This document shows positions 58,986 through 64,000 of a DNA stretch of 64,000 bases, piece by piece. The translations under genes were made by a program, and so were the position numbers. Position 1 is the stretch's first letter. The number at the start of each line of letters is the position of its first letter. Source of the DNA: Phycisphaerae bacterium (GTDB taxonomy: Bacteria > Planctomycetota > Phycisphaerae > UBA1845 > Fen-1342). Below the pieces are notes generated by a model. The model did not search any database. It was given only the letters and a program-made list of their open reading frames with translations, and had not been told where the DNA came from. Location: contig CAXXTC010000001.1 in NCBI GenBank assembly GCA_963666925.2, positions 16,435 to 80,434 on the forward strand, given 5' to 3'.

Positions 58986-60469
58986 TGGGCGAGGCCGCTG
59001 GCCAGACGCTTGCGCACGTTTGCCAACGCGGCCAGCGCGGGCTTGGGGGTCAGGTCTTCGCGAAGCAGCCCACCCTGCGCGATAATGTTGTCGTCGCTGT
59101 CGATCAGCGGCTGTATGCAGACGGTTTCGACGTAGGGCTTGGACAGGCAGATTTCGCTCAGCATTGTCAACCAGTCGGCCTGAAGCTCTTCAGACCAGGG
59201 GGTTTTCCACTCGCCGCCGGGCGTTGGTCCATCGGTGGCAGCGGGGCCGGCCGACGGCGCGCCAAGAGCCGTAATGTGCAGCGGCTTGCCCAGGTTGGCG
59301 AGCTTGTCGATCAAAGCGCTGACCTGGAGCACGTCGCGCAGGTGGTAGCCCTCGCTGTCGAGCCCCCACAGGAGCTGCAACCCGAAGCCGTCGAAGCTGA
59401 TTCCGCTTTGCACGGCCATGTCGGCGAAAAAAAGCGGCGGGATGGTTTGCTGGTTCCGGGCGTAATATTCGCCCCAGGGCTGGGTCAGGTCGATCAGCAC
59501 TTGGCTGCGCGGGGCGTGCTGCTTGGTTACAGAGGCGGCCATGCGGGTCAGCTCCATGATTTGCTCGAAGCTGAAGCCGAAGACATTGTCGGCATGCACG
59601 CCGCTGATGACGGTCCACGAGCTAACGGACTTGGCGAAGCGTTTGACGGTGCGCTCGACGAATTCGCGGGCGGCGTCGTGGATCGACTCGAAGTCGTTTT
59701 CCCAGATGTACATCCAATCCGGCACGGAGCGCACGCCGAAGTTGAGCAGCGGCCCGCCGCGCAGGGCGAGCTTGCTGGCTGCACAGAGCTTGATGGTGCG
59801 CTCGACGGGTTCGTACTGGACGCCGTGCTCGGTGGGCTGCACGTCGCGCCAGACCATCGGGATGCGGACGAAGTCGAAGGTTGGCGTAAGCTGGCGCGTT
59901 ACCGCTGCGTCTTCCAGGTTGGTCGGGCAGCTCACTCCGAGAAACGGCCCGGAAAATCCGCCGGTCTGCTGGCGGCGATTGAGAAAGACCTCGGCGTGGA
60001 AGGAGGTCATGCGATCGGCGGCTTCGAGACCCAGCGCCAGGGTTTTGTCAGCGAGTTGGGCGGCCTTCACTGGCTCATCGCTGGCTTGCAGGGCGGCGAT
60101 GAAGCAATCGCGGGCTTCGGTGATCGTTTCGGAGATATCTTCCATGCCGGAGTAGTCAAACAGGCCCCATTCCTCGCGCTTCACGCTGATGCGCATAAGC
60201 AGGTGGCGGGCGAGTTCGACGTGCAGGTTATAGACGCGTTCGCGGGCCGGCAGGCGGGTGGTTTGAAGCTGGAGTGTGCCAAAGCCGTTGACGGTCCAGA
60301 GCAGCGAGAGCCCGACCGGGTCCTGGGTGCGGGCTTTGCAGCGGATTTCGTCGTCCTCGAAGCTGACCTCGCCGCGCACGGGCACGTTGTCGTTGCCGAT
60401 CAGGTGCGCCCCCTGGAGGTTGGGCGTCAGGTGCTGTCCGGATGAGTTGTAACAAACGAAGCGATGCAC
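58982..60469 (-). CDS. GH10-like TIM-barrel protein, predicted cytoplasmic, catalytic glutamates not conserved
   Basis: WRDVQP, LRGGPL..PDW, WTVISG, FDGFGLQ, KPLHITALG, GLLREDLTPKPA follow the GH10 motif order. AGGAAAGG before GTG 60469. Confidence 0.75.
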   Translation of the reverse strand: MHRFVCYNSSGQHLTPNLQGAHLIGNDNVPVRGEVSFEDDEIRCKARTQDPVGLSLLWTVNGFGTLQLQTTRLPARERVYNLHVELARHLLMRISVKREEWGLFDYSGMEDISETITEARDCFIAALQASDEPVKAAQLADKTLALGLEAADRMTSFHAEVFLNRRQQTGGFSGPFLGVSCPTNLEDAAVTRQLTPTFDFVRIPMVWRDVQPTEHGVQYEPVERTIKLCAASKLALRGGPLLNFGVRSVPDWMYIWENDFESIHDAAREFVERTVKRFAKSVSSWTVISGVHADNVFGFSFEQIMELTRMAASVTKQHAPRSQVLIDLTQPWGEYYARNQQTIPPLFFADMAVQSGISFDGFGLQLLWGLDSEGYHLRDVLQVSALIDKLANLGKPLHITALGAPSAGPAATDGPTPGGEWKTPWSEELQADWLTMLSEICLSKPYVETVCIQPLIDSDDNIIAQGGLLREDLTPKPALAALANVRKRLASGLAQ

Positions 60470-60584
60470 GCCGACGCCTTTCCTGGATCCGCTCCGCACG
60501 CCGCAGGGGCCGGGCGGAGCAATACCAACTGGCATATTAAGGCAGGAGCGAGCCGCAGGAAAGCCGCACCGCCCGCCCGGCGAC

Positions 60585-61613
60585 CTACGGCCCGCGCAGG
60601 TTGTCCTGCGCCCCCGCAAAGGGCCAGTGTTGCGGGTCCGGATGTGCCGTGTAGGGCGGGTTCCAGAGCGCATTGGTAGGGTCGGCGGCCCAGATGCGTG
60701 CCCCCGGCGTCGGCCACAGGTCGAATCGCCAGCCGGGGCCGCGCGAGATGTAGTGCCAGTTGCTTCCCAGGTCCATTCTCGCGGAGGTTTCTGCGCTGAG
60801 CGTCTCGTGGCCTTCGGCCCGAGTGGTTCGCGCCGAGCCGTCGGCATAGGCCAGGTTGTCCTTCATCCACTGCCCGTGCCAGCCGGTGGCGATGACGGCC
60901 GGCGGGTTGGCCACGCCGTTGTCCATCCCGATCATGTTGAAGAACGTTGGCTCGCCGAAGATCGGCACCTGCGACGGTGTTGGAATGCTGCTCAGCTTGT
61001 GTCCCCAGGGCCCGATCGCGAAAGCTCCGTCATATTCCTCGTACGGGTAGGAGAAAATCCCGTACAGACTGGCCCGATAGCTGCTGCCCAGTGTGTCGTA
61101 GCAGGTTCGCTCGGCATTCTCGATCGGCGCGTCGTCGATCTCCTCGTGGTACGGGTAGCCGCGATCCGATGGGCACCGGAACAGGTCCATGTCCGCCTCG
61201 TCCGCCGCCATGATGTCGCCATAGAGATAGCGATTCAGCGGGCGCGTTCGGGCGGCGAAGGAACTCTCCTCATCCAGCGCCACCGGCCCGTTGTCGGTGA
61301 GGAAGGGTTGCGGTGCCGATCGGCCGCCGCACGCGAACCATATGGCCGTGCGGCGCAGCCAGTAATCCGTGGCCGACATGGGCGTGACCATAGATTGGTG
61401 AATGGGGATGATCAGGTCCTTGCGATCGTCGCCGGCATAGGCCACGGCGGCCTGGGCGATGCTGCGCAGGTTGGCCAGGCAGTAGACCCGCCGGCCCTGC
61501 TCGCGGGCCTTGCTCAGGCTCGGCAGCAGGATCGCCATCAGCAGCGCGATGATGCCGATGACCACCAACAGCTCGATCAGAGTGAACGCGCGTCGGCGGG
61601 GCCGGGCCATCAT
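60585..61613 (-). CDS. Prepilin-type N-terminal cleavage/methylation protein (DUF1559-like)
   Basis: RRRAFTLIELLVVIGIIALLMAILLPSLSKARE..CLANL, FRCPSD, H-X9-DG-like HGQWMKDNLAYADG. Confidence 0.88.
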   Translation of the reverse strand: MMARPRRRAFTLIELLVVIGIIALLMAILLPSLSKAREQGRRVYCLANLRSIAQAAVAYAGDDRKDLIIPIHQSMVTPMSATDYWLRRTAIWFACGGRSAPQPFLTDNGPVALDEESSFAARTRPLNRYLYGDIMAADEADMDLFRCPSDRGYPYHEEIDDAPIENAERTCYDTLGSSYRASLYGIFSYPYEEYDGAFAIGPWGHKLSSIPTPSQVPIFGEPTFFNMIGMDNGVANPPAVIATGWHGQWMKDNLAYADGSARTTRAEGHETLSAETSARMDLGSNWHYISRGPGWRFDLWPTPGARIWAADPTNALWNPPYTAHPDPQHWPFAGAQDNLRGP

Positions 61614-62038
61614 GGCTGCACCATCTGTGTGCTGGTGCTCGTGGTCGGCTCGGGCGGGAACTCGGCGGCCCCCCAGCCGCCCGGGGGCAGGGACTGCCCG
61701 CCACGCCGATAGGCCAACGCCGACAGCGCCCCACACTCCGGGCAGCGCAATCGCCCGCCGACGTGCTCCAGCGTTTGCCGCGGATGTTCCAGCGTGTGGG
61801 CCCGGTAGCCGCACTCTGGGCATACCAGGAGGTAGCGCCAGGGCTGGTCGGCCGAGTTGGTCGGCTGCCACGTGGGGGGGCTGGTGCGCCAGAGGCAGAA
61901 CGTCCCGACAATGGGCAGTAACACGAGCACAGCAACGCCCACTGCCAGCGCCAGCCGAAATTCGCGCTCCGTGGCCCATTGCCGGACCTGATTCAGCAGC
62001 ATGCCCCCCGCCCCGTGGAGTTTCTCGACAGGTGTCAC
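61610..62038 (-). CDS. Membrane-anchored double-CxxC zinc-ribbon protein coupled to the prepilin-like gene
   Basis: TM segment, VCPECGY..RCPECGA. ATGA overlap at 61610-61613. The start may be ATG 62002. Confidence 0.65.
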   Translation of the reverse strand: MTPVEKLHGAGGMLLNQVRQWATEREFRLALAVGVAVLVLLPIVGTFCLWRTSPPTWQPTNSADQPWRYLLVCPECGYRAHTLEHPRQTLEHVGGRLRCPECGALSALAYRRGGQSLPPGGWGAAEFPPEPTTSTSTQMVQP

Positions 62039-62151
62039 TTTCTCAGCTCGCGCCCCGCTCCGCGGCTAGCGGCCGACCCGGCGCCGACCTCGACAATATT
62101 GTATCCTACGCAGCAACCCCCCGGCCCGTCCGCTTGCCTCACCGGCGGCCA

Positions 62152-62222
62152 GTGGGGCGGGCGTCCTCGCCCGCCGTATCCGTCCGGCAATCGATACATG
62201 GCGGGCGGGACGCCCGCTCCAC
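62152..62222. repeat. REP-like inverted doublet, family A (62152-62175 and 62200-62222)
   Basis: gtggggcgggcgtcctcgcccgcc ... ggcgggcgggacgcccgctccac. Confidence 0.78.
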
Positions 62223-62321
62223 CTGTGATAAGGGACTTATGAGAGGATACACTAAAATCCGCTTGGCTGGCCGCGGCCGGCCGCTGGTGCTCGCGCCATA
62301 CACCATAGCCCAGAGACAGTT

Positions 62322-63530
<1,209 letters not shown>

Positions 63531-63655
63531 TTCGGCTGTTCGGTTGCCACACCGGCGTGTTTGTCTTGATTTACCGTGTGCGATTGGGCACACTTGTGGT
63601 GTTCCCTGGGCCGTAGCCGGGGGCGATCTCTGGGGCCCTGAATCCGGGGTGAATC

Positions 63656-64000
63656 ATGCCACATGTCCGCTGTCCGAAATGCCAGGTCCGCTACAAGGTG
63701 CCGAGTAGTGCGGCCGGCCAGCGTGTTACGTGCAAAAAGTGCGGTGCGAAGTTCGTAATCCGCATGGACAAACCGAAAACGCCGCCGGCGCAGAAATCCG
63801 CGCCCCCAAAGAAAACCGCAGCGGATCTGCTTGACGCCATTCCGATCGGCTCCGAAGACATCGTTCGCTACGCTGCCGAGAGGCCGGTGTCGGCTGCCAG
63901 CCCGCCCGCAACGGGGCCGAGTCCGCTCCTGGGGTTCCTGCGAGCGCTGGTCCGCGCACCGCGATTCATATTCCACGGAGGGAACCTGGTTACCTTTATT
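63656..64000 (+). CDS. MJ0042-type zinc-ribbon domain protein (partial; runs off the right edge)
   Basis: Manual translation MPHVRCPKCQVRYKVPSSAAGQRVTCKKCGAKF, then a Pro-rich linker, with no stop to the window end. Confidence 0.75.
   Translation, partial: MPHVRCPKCQVRYKVPSSAAGQRVTCKKCGAKFVIRMDKPKTPPAQKSAPPKKTAADLLDAIPIGSEDIVRYAAERPVSAASPPATGPSPLLGFLRALVRAPRFIFHGGNLVTFI

Noticed and set aside
16727..60445. Long antisense or alternate-frame ORFs (e.g. 16727-18325, 13709-14971, 23910-25064, 44812-45873, 58847-60445)
   Set aside because: They are shadows of well-supported genes caused by high-GC codon bias and carry no recognisable motifs.
15846..62222. Short palindromic repeats considered as a CRISPR array
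   Set aside because: Copies are dispersed singlets or inverted doublets, not direct repeats with regular spacers, and there are no cas genes.
62039..62321. Trp attenuator or T-box upstream of trpB (and of trpE)
   Set aside because: No Trp-rich leader peptide or T-box motif is present. The hairpins here are REP elements, and trpE follows the K+ channel gene by only 14 nt.

Overview
A GC-rich bacterial chromosome segment, most likely from a Phycisphaerae planctomycete. This is inferred from Cys-containing dockerin-like C-termini, a DUF1559-type prepilin-like gene, CxxCGY(D/N)L..RCPECG zinc ribbons, scattered pathway genes and lpxK. About 55 CDS are supported. Housekeeping genes include tyrS (partial), pruA/rocA, pgi, gcvH, gcvP, rsmG, trmJ, trpE, ilvE, rlmN, dapF, bcp, pyrF, purN, lpxK, manA and trpB. 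Signalling genes include cheA-cheW-cheD-HDOD, a CHASE2 adenylate cyclase, three tandem YcgR/PilZ genes, a PilZ-REC-Hpt protein and a STAS protein. Secreted proteins include a kexin-like S8 protease and two tandem M1 aminopeptidases that share a dockerin-like tail, an SdrD-B/TSP3 surface protein with a CGP-TM-basic tail, and an FG-GAP protein. I saw no rRNA, tRNA, CRISPR array, transposase or prophage. The best leads are: (1) a possible dockerin-tagged extracellular peptidase complex; (2) a histone-like K/R-repeat gene that appears joined to Bcp peroxiredoxin across a +1 frameshift; (3) a cytoplasmic GH10-fold protein lacking both catalytic glutamates, coupled to comEA and manA; (4) three sequence-divergent REP-like families with a shared GTGG + 8-bp stem + 3-nt loop design and compensatory changes; (5) a triple-PilZ operon followed by a candidate two-hairpin small RNA. 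All calls come from reading motifs by eye; no database searches were run.
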